Assembly (NCBI GenBank): GCA_000934665.2
Contig: JYFJ02001272.1
Location: 1-64,000 of the forward strand
DNA length: 64,000 bases
Direction of reading: 5' to 3'
DNA from: Catajapyx aquilonaris
Lineage: Eukaryota
The number at the start of each line of letters is the position of its first letter. Positions within the stretch are counted from its first letter, which is position 1. This document shows, piece after piece, positions 24,997-36,469 of this stretch. A program made the position numbers and the translations under genes. The notes under the pieces were generated by a model, which worked only from the letters and a program-made list of their open reading frames with translations, was not told the origin of the DNA and did no database searches.

Positions 24997-27504
24997 GTGC
25001 GGACACCCTGTACTATTTCCCCCTTATTTTATTTTGGCTTTTGAATTGCTCAGATTTTCTCTGAAGAGGGGAACACCCTCTTTTTAGTGGGGTGGCCGCC
25101 GGTGTTGGTGCAATAGGGGTGGGGTATGATGCAGAGTTTTCGGGGGTGGGTGGTTGGGGGTGTGGGTTTGCGCACGTGCCAGATGGAGCTGCCCTGCCCC
25201 AGTCAAGTTTGGGGTCATGTTTGTCCACCGTGGCTTTAATGGGGCCAAGGGATGTTCTTCTTCCGTGACCCCAAGGTCGGGGAGGTCATCGGTACTATGC
25301 CAGATAAAAAGGACGGGCCTTGTTGCAGGTAGTGCACTGATCAGGTTCCGGTTTCGATCATAAAATTCATCGAGAAAAATTTCATCAGTAGGCTCAATTT
25401 CCCCCCCGGACAATTATAGAAGACATCGGCTGCAAAAAAAAAAAAAAAAAAAAAAGATTTAAAGTATCCATTGCCGTCTATTGTCGATAATAATGGATTA
25501 TTCAACTTTATAGCCTCTTCCATCCGGCGGACCTAACAAGGTGACAGACAGTCAGAAAGAAAGAAAACTTGCTCCTTGCTACAGTGCTGATGGTTGAAGT
25601 ACACGACTGTCCGTAACATTTTTTTTTGCGCACTGTAATGTCCAATGCAACAACTACATTTATAATAGGCTACTGATATTTAAATTTTCGCCAGCTTCAA
25701 AATTCACTCTTTGTGTAAGGGACAAAACCTGTGCAAAATGAAGTTGTGAGTGACGCCCGTGCTCTTTGTAAGCGGTGATAATCGCGACGTTAAGTTATTC
25801 ACGCGCTTTCTAACGTTGTCTACGCATTTGGTTGACAGTGGGAGTGGGTACAGAGCCAGCAGCCTCCTATTTCAGGAGAGTAGGAAAATTAATTTTAAAT
25901 GAGTTTAGGTAGTCTCCAACAGTGTGCGGCTTCCAGGTTGGAAGGCGAACATAATAATTAACGCTCTGTTACACCCTAGAAGAGGGCTCGGAGCTTTACT
26001 TTGGCCCCCGTGTAATTCCCTTCTTTAGAGAGCAACTCTCTGTTACAAAAAGGCACGATGAGAAATAAACGCCTCTGTCGTCAGTAATCAAGTTACTTCA
26101 GGTCGCCGGCCACTTTAAACAAGTTAAGAGGAAGGGGTAGGGGGGGTATAAGCTTATTTGCCAAATCGCTCTAACTGCGCGGTTTCTATACTCGTCAACT
26201 CGTGGCAATATACTAGATTAGAGGTTGTTGACGCCTTAAATATTAATTGCAAATTTATTAGGGTCTTAATAACAGGTTTAGTAAAAATATAATTACAAAA
26301 ATCTGCCATCTTGATATCATACAACTTAGCATACAGTATCCTCCAGCTTCTCAAAATGCAGCCAGAACTAACTGCAGGTTAAGTTGGTTTGTTTATTTTA
26401 CACTTATAAGCTCTTAGCTGGAGAAAACGTGAATGTGGTCAAAACCTTTGCAGGATTTCAAAAGTAATTTTTGAAATCCCAAAAACAATTTGAAATATGT
26501 TGTCCAGCGGTCACAGCATTCACAATATGTAATCATATATTCACGATTTCCTTGCATTTTTTGCGTTGAAACTATCAATTCTGACTCTTTTCGGTTTTGA
26601 ATGAAAACTATGTTGGGATCTTGAGGAGGTCAGGGTAAATGTCTGATTGGGGCTGATGGCACATCTGGTTCGTCGCAATCGGTTATGTGGGCAGGTATAC
26701 TAATAGAGTGAGTAGGTGTGTGGGTGGGTGAATCCTCTCTCTTTCTCTCTCCCGCCCCTCTCGTGACCCTTGACCCCCCACACTTTCCCGGTCTGCATGC
26801 TGGGCTTTTCCGCTTCCTCTCGCTTGGCAGAGGGCATCAGCACGCTGACCGCCATCGCGCACCGCCGTCGCGGAAGGTCAACTTAACCACTGTAGCCTAC
26901 ACTTGTTAAACTATAGCCTGTAATGGTTGATGACCTCGACTTGTGGATGGATCTTCTGAAAAATGGTGGTGGAAGGCAATGAGACAGATGCTTGTTGCGT
27001 TGTCTGGGTGATCTCTCGTTAATTCAGATGGTTGCATATACACATACACACTCCCCTGAGATACTGCCCTCCCGAGTTAATTAGGCCCTGAAAATTAGCT
27101 CACGTAACCATGACGTCATGCCAGGAAAGATATTCCTAAACGTACCCGAGTCTATGGGACATGCTGGGAGCCTACTCAGTCTTTGACAATTTATTAACCT
27201 AACCTAACCCTTCCTGTGGGTAGGAACCCAGCAAGGTTGTCCTAAGACCACAGGGCTCAGTTGTTGTTTTTAAAAATGTGCGTCTGCAGACTAAAGGCAA
27301 AGGCACCCAGATGACGCAAATCACTAGGCCCCCGAATAATTCCAGGCACACCTCTTATTGCCCCCGCCTGCTCGATCTCGCTGGGACGATGGGCGAAAAA
27401 GAAGGGGATTCGGCAGGGTGGGGGTCATGTGATTCTGGCCCCCTTTCCTTGATGGCTCCTCCTGTCTTTTGCATGCGGCTATCTAGTGGTGTGGCCTGTA
27501 ACTT

Positions 27505-27525
27505 ATGTCCAAGTACACCCCACTG
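27505..27525 (+). CDS. Weak candidate alternative first exon of Ca-beta (MSKYTPL)
   Basis: ATG after an in-frame TAA, 7 codons, CTG|GTAAGA donor in phase 0. Confidence 0.3.
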
Positions 27526-29487
27526 GTAAGAATATGAAGCTTCTCCGTCACTGTCTCGCTTTGGGCCACAGCTGCCATTTTAATTCATTATTTTTTTTAA
27601 TTTAAAAAAATAAATAAACAGTGCATGCCACGCTCGTGTCTTATGTGTCGTGTGGGGAGTATGCGTGTGAATGTGCGTGTGGTGGTGCGTGGACCAGTCG
27701 GCATTTAACTTTTTTATATAAGGAGCGGTTTTTTAGTTCAGTTAATATATGGCGGAATATGTTATAGTTGTAGCGATGTGGGCTCATTCAGATTGCAACA
27801 ATGCGAACTGACAATGCTTGGTGAGCTGGCGTTGCGTTCTCTCGGTGTTACCCCCCTTCCCTCTATATGTTACCTCCCCTAAAAATACTGCAATTTTTAT
27901 TATTTTTTCCCAACTTGCTGCAGATCCCATCACCTATTACATCTACACGGAGGTCACATCCCAACAGCCTTGCCAGTTCGAAAAAAAGAAACACAGGCCT
28001 TCTACTTCTCACAGTATGAAGCATTACGTCTCCCGCACCTATACACCTGCAACCTGAGGCCTAATTCACAAGCACATCATACTCATTTATGTTCAATTTG
28101 AATGGGTCAGTTCCGCCAAGGAAACTTGCTGTGCATCATACCTTTTTTTTAATGTAATATTTTTTTTTAATCCTCTGACAATGGCTCTCGAGGGTGACGA
28201 GAACGTGCAGCCGTTGAAAGAGGGTTTAGGCTTTTTTCAAAGGCAACAAACATTGTTGTAGAAAGTAGTCACATTGTTTTTTTTTTAAATTAGCAGTAGA
28301 GGAACCTCGTCTATTCCCTCGAAACCGTACAGTGGACATGGTGTGGGTCTTAATGGCTAAGCGGCAGCTAATTACCTGTTAATGGATATCTAATTATGCA
28401 ATTAATTCCTGCCTTTGACATGCAGGATTAGTCACACTGCCATTGAAAGTGTTTCATTCTCGGTTTCATTTGTAATTTTTGTTCTCCTCAACTCGACTGG
28501 TTATCATTGTTTCTACCAACTTTAATTGTAACTGTTGTAACTCTTTGTCTACATTGTTATTTAGCAATGATTTTACTGGACAGTCTGTTTAAAATTCGGC
28601 AGATTTCTCTAAAGAAATGTAACCTTTACACGCGCTGTATATTCCCGATGGGATTATGCCCTATACATCTAGGCAAATATTATTGCTGGCTATCCTAATT
28701 GAAATTTAACATAAACCAAAATTGGTGGATGTATAATGAATTTCTCTCTCTAAAATGTGTGAAATTTGCGGATGTGATTGTATATCAAACCTATGCTAAC
28801 TCCTCTAGTAGTCTTTAAATCATACATCGCATTCATTATACGGGCACTGAAACAGCTGAGATCGACCACAGAATTCCTGATAACTCGGCCAAAAACCATC
28901 ACTTTGCCTGCCACGTTACAATGGGGCCGGAAAAGAGCCCGCCTTGATAGCTCTCTTAAAACGGGCGAAATAACAGTTTGAAATTAGCACGTAAGCCATT
29001 AAGGAGAATGGCATCAGTCCGATTCCGGGCCCCCCAAGAAATAAAGCGTGGAATTTTGGAAAGCGGCAAAATTTCCGGCCAGACCTGGCCATTAGGCAGA
29101 CACAACGCGGCACAAGAGAAGCATAACAGTTGCATAACCAGTTTCCCGGATGTCAAAATTCTCCACACCCGAGCTGCTGCCATGCCAAGTCCACTGTGTA
29201 ATTCGCGCCGGAATGGACGCAGTTCCAGCAAGCACCCCGGCCTGAACAAAACAGTAGGCTTTTAGTGGTAGATTTTTTTTGTTAAAAAAAAGAAGCCCAA
29301 ACACACTCTGGATTATTATTTTTAAATAAAAGAGGGAAGTTTGGGGGCAGGGAGTTAGATTATTAGAGGGGGATTATCTGGCCTGCTTACATTAAGAATG
29401 GGAAGGGTTGGGGGTGAATGGGTTGGGAATATCTGCAGGGATCCGGCAGGTACCTGCAGGGGGGTATTTCTTGGTCTCGTTCTTCAG

Positions 29488-29604
29488 GGCTCGGCGGACT
29501 CCAACTACTCGCAGCCGTCCTCCGACCTCTCATTGGACGAGGAGCGAGAGGCACTGAGACGGGAGACTGAACGACAGGCCCTTACGCAGCTGGACAAGGC
29601 CAGG
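29488..29604 (+). CDS. CACNB: Ca-beta first core exon ([39 protein letters not shown])
   Basis: TTCTTCAG acceptor, AGG|GTGAGT donor, 117 nt; conserved motif. Confidence 0.96.
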
Positions 29605-29816
29605 GTGAGTACACGTGTACCGGCGGTCTGTATATTATTATTATGTGGGTCAGTATTCCGTCACCCAATGCAGTCAAATAATAGTAAAAGACTTACAATT
29701 ATGTTAAAAGTACAGTACACAGCCTACACTTATGCACATGTCATAAGTCGAGGAAATAAAACTGCAATAAAAATTAGGAAAACAAAATAAAACACAATTT
29801 TTTTACTATGCAAATG

Positions 29817-29969
29817 TACTATCGGGTTCAAATACTTTCGGCCACTTTATCATGGTCTTGGAGCAACCCCTAAACACACACACACACACTCCTCCTTAAC
29901 ATGGGATCTGTGCGAAGGGTTGCTTCATGACCAGGATAAAGTGGTCAAAAGTATTTGAACCTGATAGTA
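29817..29969 (+). mobile_element. MITE family B copy
   Basis: Long TIR CTATCGGGTTCAAATACTTTCGGCCACTTTATC / GATAAAGTGGTCAAAAGTATTTGAACCTGATAG, flanked by TA; second copy at 43885. Confidence 0.85.
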
Positions 29970-31122
29970 CCTTCGCTGTGTGGGAATAAAATTTCCATAT
30001 TAATAATTTTACACACTTGCAAGTAGTAGGCCTTCTGTTTGAAGAAAGCTGTACCACTCCTATAGAACATACTGTCACTATTGCAACAGATCGGTAATTA
30101 TCATTGGGCCATGACCGACATTTGAGGGTATCATGTATTCGAGTATCGTGTATTCATATTGATATACAGTATTTGCATAGGATAATTATATTTACACACG
30201 AGTAACACTAAATTGGATGCCAAATGAGATATGGTAGGCTATACTATATTTCCAATGCTGCATCATATCTGTGTCCATATTTTAGAAAACAATGTTGTGT
30301 ACCGGTAATTTGACTCACATTTCATGATAAACTTATTTGATACTCTTGCAAGTGTGTACAATCATTACAAAGATGGAAATTCTCTTCCCATATTGCGAAG
30401 GGGTCTGGGAAGTGTGTCTGTAACATTCGTATAATACGAAAGTGAAGTTTTAATGCATATAAAAAATTTTACTTAGTGGTAAAGGTAATGACAGAAAAAT
30501 TATAGTTATTTTGTGAAGTTTCTGATGAAATGTCTCCACATTGCATAATTATTAACACGCATATACTGTGGTAAGCGAATGCGGGAAATAAATTTTGACT
30601 GGAACATAACTTCCGTTACCACATTACAGTAAATCATACCCTTTACCAAGTTAATATTGACCCATTGCAAGCGCTACCCATTTGTAAATGTGTCGGTTTC
30701 AGTTCCCGACTTTTGAAAAGCAGCTTATTATTAAGCAAAACTGACAGAAATATTAGACTATCCTAATATGCAAGATGTGAATACCTGAGCGGTCATAAGC
30801 TTGGCCACCCTTAATCATTGCGCAAAAAAAAAAGTTCAATCTCTCGACGGTAAAAATGGGTTACAAACGTCACGGAAAAAATTCCAAACTGAAACTGACG
30901 GTTATATTGGAGCACTGTGTATAGGGCAACACCGCCCAGTTTCAATAATTGAGACGATGGGTGTGAGAGTGGGGTGGTAGGGGGTGACTCGTGATTGCAG
31001 CACAGTGCGGTCCTAGTCAAGTAGGAATTCGTTTGGAAATCGATTGATTGAAACGGTGGGGCGGTTGTCTGCGGTGTGGCCCACACAATTTTTTTTAAAC
31101 TTCTTTCTTCTTTTTTTTGTAG

Positions 31123-31405
31123 ACGAAGCCGGTGGCGTTCGCCGTGCGGACTAACGTAAGCTACGATGGTTCGGTGGACGACGACTCGCCCGTCCACGGC
31201 AGCGCCATCTCCTTCGAAATCAGGGACTTCCTCCACATCAAAGAGAAGTACGACAACAATTGGTGGATCGGGCGTCTCGTGAAAGAGGGCTGCGATGTGG
31301 GTTTCATACCCTCGCCTGTCAAGCTCGAGAACCTGCGACTGCAGCAGACGCAAGCCAGAAATTCCAAGCTCTACTCCTCAAAGACGTCCTCCTCGTCCAA
31401 CCTAG
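31123..31405 (+). CDS. CACNB: Ca-beta SH3 exon ([12 protein letters not shown]...[19 protein letters not shown]...SSSSNL)
   Basis: Long T-tract + TAG acceptor, G|GTGAGT donor (phase 1); SH3 motifs. Confidence 0.97.
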
Positions 31406-31517
31406 GTGAGTCCCTCCTTTCCACACACCCCACACAGAAAAAGTACGTGTTCATCAAAACAAATCCCCACCTTGACTAGATTTTATTCTTAGGAATTTGG
31501 TGCTTAAGTGTTTACAT

Positions 31518-31612
31518 ACCGTTGTGTGTCACAATTCAGCTCACATCCCGCAGTCGGCAAGTTGCATAACTCTTCGGTCGTCGGAGGTGAGCTAAATTCT
31601 GACACACACGGT
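31518..31612. repeat. Imperfect ~95 bp hairpin; related copy at 33421-33499
   Basis: ACCGTTGTGTGTCACAATTCAGCTCACATCC pairs with GGAGGTGAGCTAAATTCTGACACACACGGT. Confidence 0.75.
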
Positions 31613-33908
31613 GTACCGTACATGTAGCGTGCATTAGTTAGCATGTGCTGAGCTAATGTACCTTTTCGCTGTTGCAGCTCTTTTTTAGACGCCCGAACAT
31701 CGTGCACTAACACAGCTTCCGTCATTGTTGTTATGGAGTTTCCGATCTTTCATACAGAGCCTCTATTTAAAAATGCTATTCTAATGAAGCGCGATTAGTG
31801 AACTTCCTATATAAGGATTGTGCCGCATATGAACTAACGCAGCTTCCTTTTTACCGGCTTGTAATCCGATACAGTCATGGAGTTTCCGTCCTTCGAACAA
31901 ACAAATCGAATTTTTGCGACTGAACCGGGTTCCATCAAGAGCCATTTGGCCTATGACAAAAAGTGAAGTCACCTACTGCATTTCAACAAAACTGACGCAA
32001 GGGCTGAACAATATCTTACGAAGACTATCTAGGCTTTCTCTAATATATATTTTCTACCATGCATGTGTTTTTAAAAATGTTTCGGACAATCCGTACAACA
32101 GGGAAGAGCCATTCCAGGTCGTTTCCCAGTCGCGTTTGGTCGCATAATTTACACCAACCATCCGCCCAACTCACCCCCCACTCTTTAAAAAATTGACACG
32201 CGGCATAATTATCGATCCTCCCAAAAAATTACCAGATTACATACACGTCAGTGCGATTCGCAGCGATGCCACGCAGCCCGTATACATTTTTCAAACGCAT
32301 TCCCGCAGGGTTGATCGGTATAATCATGTGTAGTTAGTTGGCAACCTCGTCAGTACGAAGCATAATAATTTATCGGCCGCCTTTCAGTACGCACTGAGGT
32401 TGTTCCGCACAAGATCAAAGGGAATGCCTACAGATTTCTTTTATGTCAACACTGGAAGGCAAGAGCGAACGCGAAGCCTTATTGACTCAAGGAAAAGGCA
32501 AGTCCAAATGGCAAATTCGACGTATTTCTCGAGACTCCTGCGGAAACGGATAACGGTCGATCAGATTCACTTGCCCCAGAAGCTATACATGCTACACACG
32601 GATCCTATGTATGATATGACGGCTGCGTATTTTCACAACACCGTGACACACGTCAATAGCGCAAAACTGCAAGCGGGTTTCATATAATTGGGCTCATATT
32701 GCGTCTGATGTCGTCTCATCTGCAAATGATACTGCGCACTTGCACGATTGGAAAGATAATTAATGGGCTTTTCTAAAATAAACATTTATACGACTGAGGA
32801 GAGCTTTCGCAAAATTTTCACCGACAAAGACGGGAGCTAAATTTAGATATACACGGGATGGTTCACTGATCAAGTGCAATTAGAGGAAGAACGTATATGG
32901 ATTGTTTACCCCACAGTATAGCCAGCAGCCAGAAGCAACTAGTTATCAGGAATGGTGCTTCTATCTTAACTGGTTAATGGAGTTAACAAATCTGTTCGTA
33001 AAACAACTTCTTTTTCTCGAGTGTACTTCAGAAGCTCAGTACATGTAAAAATGAGAGCTTTTAGAGACAGTTTGAGCTAAAGAAGTGTCTGTCTTGAGAA
33101 CTTGAGCACTTGTACAGTGCACCATCCTGCATTGCACACCTTGTAGTCGCAGGCAGCCGCGTTCATTACCGAGTGTGCGCTGGATAGAAGCTCTGAGCTA
33201 TTTCCAAGGCTGTTGCGCTGCAGAAAGCTATAATAGCCAGGAGGAAGCCAGGCATTCTATAGATATAGCGAGGAAGAATTTCGTTACAAAGCACTGCTAT
33301 GGTAGGAAATGGAACTGTCGCGCTCGCGAAGAGGAAAAATAAGAAAAAGACGTAGCTTCCTTCTTATGTTACATATAGCCCAGAACGTATACCTGTTTGC
33401 ACTATATACATTGAGGAAGTACCGAGTGGTTTGTAAGTTAGCTCACATCCGTATCGGTGGAAATCTGGTGGATGTGAGATAACTGATGAAACACACGGTG
33501 TAGGTGTGTTTTCACCCGGGTCGTACAGTGTGCACAAGCAGTTAGCCTGGTAGCATAGTTGAAAGCTCTGCACAACCGATGGGCATGATCTGTTTAGCAA
33601 CAGTTCAATTATTATGGGTGTGTACATAGACTACATCTACCCCCATCCTATGACTCCATTTAAAAAAAAAGTACACTGTGTCAGTTGTGTTGCTGGAGCA
33701 GCTTCCTGAGTCCTGGCCTGTACGTGGTGTGTGTGTTGGTCTCTCTAGATGCGTCGTCTTCCAGCCTCAAGGTGGGGTTTATCTGTTGTGTCCCAAGGTT
33801 AGGGGTCACTTTGCATGTCAGCAGACCAAGGGAAGGGAGGGGGCCTTCGGGGGGGACTTGCACCCACCCTGAACTTAACGCGGTGTCGGGGCATACTACG
33901 CCTTGCAG

Positions 33909-34185
33909 GCTTTGACATAGATCCATATGGTCTGGATTCAACCCTAGGCGAGGACTCGGACTCGCTGGCCAACGCGAGGCTGGGGAAGGCGACCAGTTTG
34001 GCAACCCCTCCGGCCAAGGAGAAGAGGAAGCCCTTCTTCAAGAAGGCGGAGAACATTCCGCCCTACGACGTGGTGCCGTCGATGCGGCCCGTCGTGCTGG
34101 TGGGTCCTTCGCTCAAAGGATACGAAGTCACCGACATGATGCAGAAAGCCCTCTTCGACTTCCTCAAGCATCGCTTTGAGGGCAG
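33909..34185 (+). CDS. CACNB: Ca-beta HOOK / BID / start of GK exon (FDIDPYGLD...[10 protein letters not shown]...[10 protein letters not shown]...KHRFEG)
   Basis: TTGCAG acceptor in phase 1, AG|GTATGG donor in phase 2; both BID serines (SMR, SLK) present. Confidence 0.95.
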
Positions 34186-34283
34186 GTATGGGGGCAGGTG
34201 TGATGCGAAACAAACGCTGGGTGACACACGGACACACGCGGTATACACGCCCCTCTCTCTTTCTCCTCTGTCTGGCTGCCCAG

Positions 34284-34449
34284 GATTATCATCACCCATG
34301 TGACGGCGGACATCTCCCTGGCCAAGAGGTCACTCCTGAACAACCCTTCCAAGAGGGCCATCATGGAAAGGTCCAACTCTCGCTCATCGTGTCTGGCTGA
34401 AGTTCAAGCGGAAATTGAGCGGATTTTTGAGCTGGCGAGGACCCTCCAG
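34284..34449 (+). CDS. CACNB: Ca-beta GK exon ([17 protein letters not shown]...[13 protein letters not shown])
   Basis: CAG acceptor after a CT tract, CAG|GTTGGT donor, 166 nt; conserved GK sequence. Confidence 0.95.
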
Positions 34450-34697
34450 GTTGGTTAAGGTCTACTGTGTACTGTACAACCAACATGTGGCTGCATCACA
34501 TCGGGTATGTCTGTATAGCTCAACAACTCTAAATTCGAAGTTTATCTATAAAAAAGAACTGCCAACTTTTCTCGGGTAGGTACAGCTCAGATGTCAAGCA
34601 AATTTTAGCAACACACGTTGGTGGCACTTCAAAAAGGCCAAACCGCGGTTTTTATCTGGGGGTCATCCCTTGACTTTTACTCCTGTTCTTCCTGCAG

Positions 34698-34796
34698 TTG
34701 GTGGTGCTGGACTGTGACACGATCAATCATCCTTCCCAACTGGCGAAGACTTCACTAGCTCCAATCATCGTCTACCTGAAGATTTCCTCGCCAAAG
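34698..34796 (+). CDS. CACNB: Ca-beta GK exon ([33 protein letters not shown])
   Basis: CTGCAG acceptor, AAG|GTGACC donor, 99 nt; conserved motif. Confidence 0.96.
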
Positions 34797-35644
34797 GTGA
34801 CCTTTTTGGGTTTCATGATTCGTTAATTTCTCTCGGCAAATTCCTAAAATAGCCATATCTGCAATGAGTTCCCCAGATGAAATCGGCCATTGCTTGCTCA
34901 AATACTCAAACGGAGCTGAGATGACGAGTCACTGGAGGCTTTAAAACTTTTCCATTCCTTATCCGCGTCATCAGTCCACTCTGGTTCGTCGCAATGAAAA
35001 CAGGGGACGATCTCGAAATATTGCCTCGTTACGTAACGAGGCTTCTAAGAATAGCGACTACTTATGTGCATTATTGAAGAGAGAGTGTCCCATGCCACGA
35101 GATTTTGCGAGCACAAATTTGTCTTGGACACGATCCCACTGTTGCACATTCTCTTCGCAATCTATTCGCCAGTCAGCATTGTACGCTACCTGCTGACAAG
35201 CCGATGCGGGTATAAAATTTGCGAATTCGCACCACAAGAACATGGAATTTTGCCAGCCTGCCACCCCCCCCCCCCCCCCACGGTGACGCTTCCCAAAAAT
35301 AGCCATCATATATACGAGTCCATAATGCGGCATTGCAATGCAAATATCCGCCTTCTCATTAGCATATCGGAATTTGGTCTGCCCGGAAATAAGCACTTTT
35401 GCATCTGCTCAGTAAGTCACTTGGGAATGAATTCAGGGAGGCTGGCTAACTCCATGGCTTACCTGACGTCACTGCAACGTTTAAAGTTAAACAACTTGTC
35501 TAATAAATAAGTCCAGTCGGGTGCGGACTTCCCAAGTGATTCAGACATGGGGAAACTCCTTCCATTCATTCCCACGTGTCAGGTTGTTGACTCCTGCCTT
35601 TTACCATTTTTTTCTTGTAATGTTTGCCATATATTTTTTGGCAG

Positions 35645-36469
35645 GTGCTACAGCGACTGATCAAATCTCGAGGCAAGTCTCAGGCGCGCAACCTGAACGT
35701 GCAAATGGTGGCGGCTGAGAAGCTGGCCCAGTGCCTGCCGGAGATGTTCGACGTCATATTGGACGAGAACCAGCTGGAGGACGCCTGCGAGCACATTTTC
35801 GAGTACCTGGAGGCCTACTGGAGAGCCACGCACCCACCTACCACCCCGGGGCCGGGCGGACCCGGGGCGGGTCCAGCGGGCGGGTCCAGCGGTCCCATGG
35901 ACCGGGAGAGAGGAGGCAGCCTGGCTCCCCAGGGCCAGTCGCACCACCACCAGCCGCATCACCACCAGCAGCACCCAGACCACCACCAGCAGCATGCAGA
36001 CCACCACCAGCAGCATGCAGACCACCACCAGCAGCATGCAGACCACCACCAGCAGCATCCAGACCACCACCAGCAGCACCCAGACCATCAGCAGCAGCAG
36101 CACCCGCAGCAGGGGCCGTACTCCCAGCACCAGCCTCGCGCCCTGCCCTCGCCCCATCCTTCGCCCCGGGCCGACGCCGCCGCCGCTCTCGGACGTACCA
36201 ACTCCACACCTCCGGGTAAGGACTCAACCACAGGTCATACCACCCATCAGCACTCTAGCAAGGTATTTCTCCCTCGCGCAGGTGTGTACCAACAGTCGTC
36301 GCGCAGTCGCATGCGTGGCGACAGGGACAAGGAGGAGATGTCGGACTACCCGATGGGACCTCGTGACGGCCTCTTGTACCGGGAGGACCGCAGAAGCCCA
36401 CGGGACGAGGACGACTACGCGCCTTCGCCGCACCGCGCCTCCTCCCGACGCGCGCTCAACGCCATCTAG
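35645..36469 (+). CDS. CACNB: Ca-beta terminal coding region: end of GK ([11 protein letters not shown]...YWRATHPP) plus low-complexity C-tail; optional 66-nt intron 36216-36281; stop TAG 36467-36469
   Basis: GGCAG acceptor; ORF 35624-36469; conserved [11 protein letters not shown] motif. Confidence 0.93.
   Translation: MLQRLIKSRGKSQARNLNVQMVAAEKLAQCLPEMFDVILDENQLEDACEHIFEYLEAYWRATHPPTTPGPGGPGAGPAGGSSGPMDRERGGSLAPQGQSHHHQPHHHQQHPDHHQQHADHHQQHADHHQQHADHHQQHPDHHQQHPDHQQQQHPQQGPYSQHQPRALPSPHPSPRADAAAALGRTNSTPPGKDSTTGHTTHQHSSKVFLPRAGVYQQSSRSRMRGDRDKEEMSDYPMGPRDGLLYREDRRSPRDEDDYAPSPHRASSRRALNAI
35978..36082 (+). repeat. Coding minisatellite, 5 x 21 bp (GACCACCACCAGCAGCAYSCA) = DHHQQH[A/P]
   Basis: Direct reading; flanked by degenerate H/Q units. 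Confidence 0.95.

Larger units (their letters stand above)
5915..36469 (+). other. CACNB: Gene span: voltage-gated calcium channel beta subunit (MAGUK-like SH3-HOOK-GK). Exons 5915-5995, 13006-13092, 29488-29604, 31123-31405, 33909-34185, 34284-34449, 34698-34796, 35645-36215, 36282-36469; ~622 aa
   Basis: Hallmark motifs [85 protein letters not shown] and YWRATH. All introns are GT-AG, phases match (0,0,0,1,2,0,0,1) and the exon sum is 1869 nt. The first exon is the least certain part. Confidence 0.95.

Noticed and set aside
26797..26890. Possible further first exon (MLGFSASS...HRRRGR)
   Set aside because: Donor GTCAAC is weak and in phase 2 relative to the ATG, incompatible with the core exon
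29398..29487. In-frame ATG extension upstream of the GSADS exon
   Set aside because: The region reads as intron with a good acceptor at 29487, and the extension has no beta-like sequence
30811..31367. Minus-strand ORFs of 180 and 68 aa
   Set aside because: Antisense shadows of the SH3 exon
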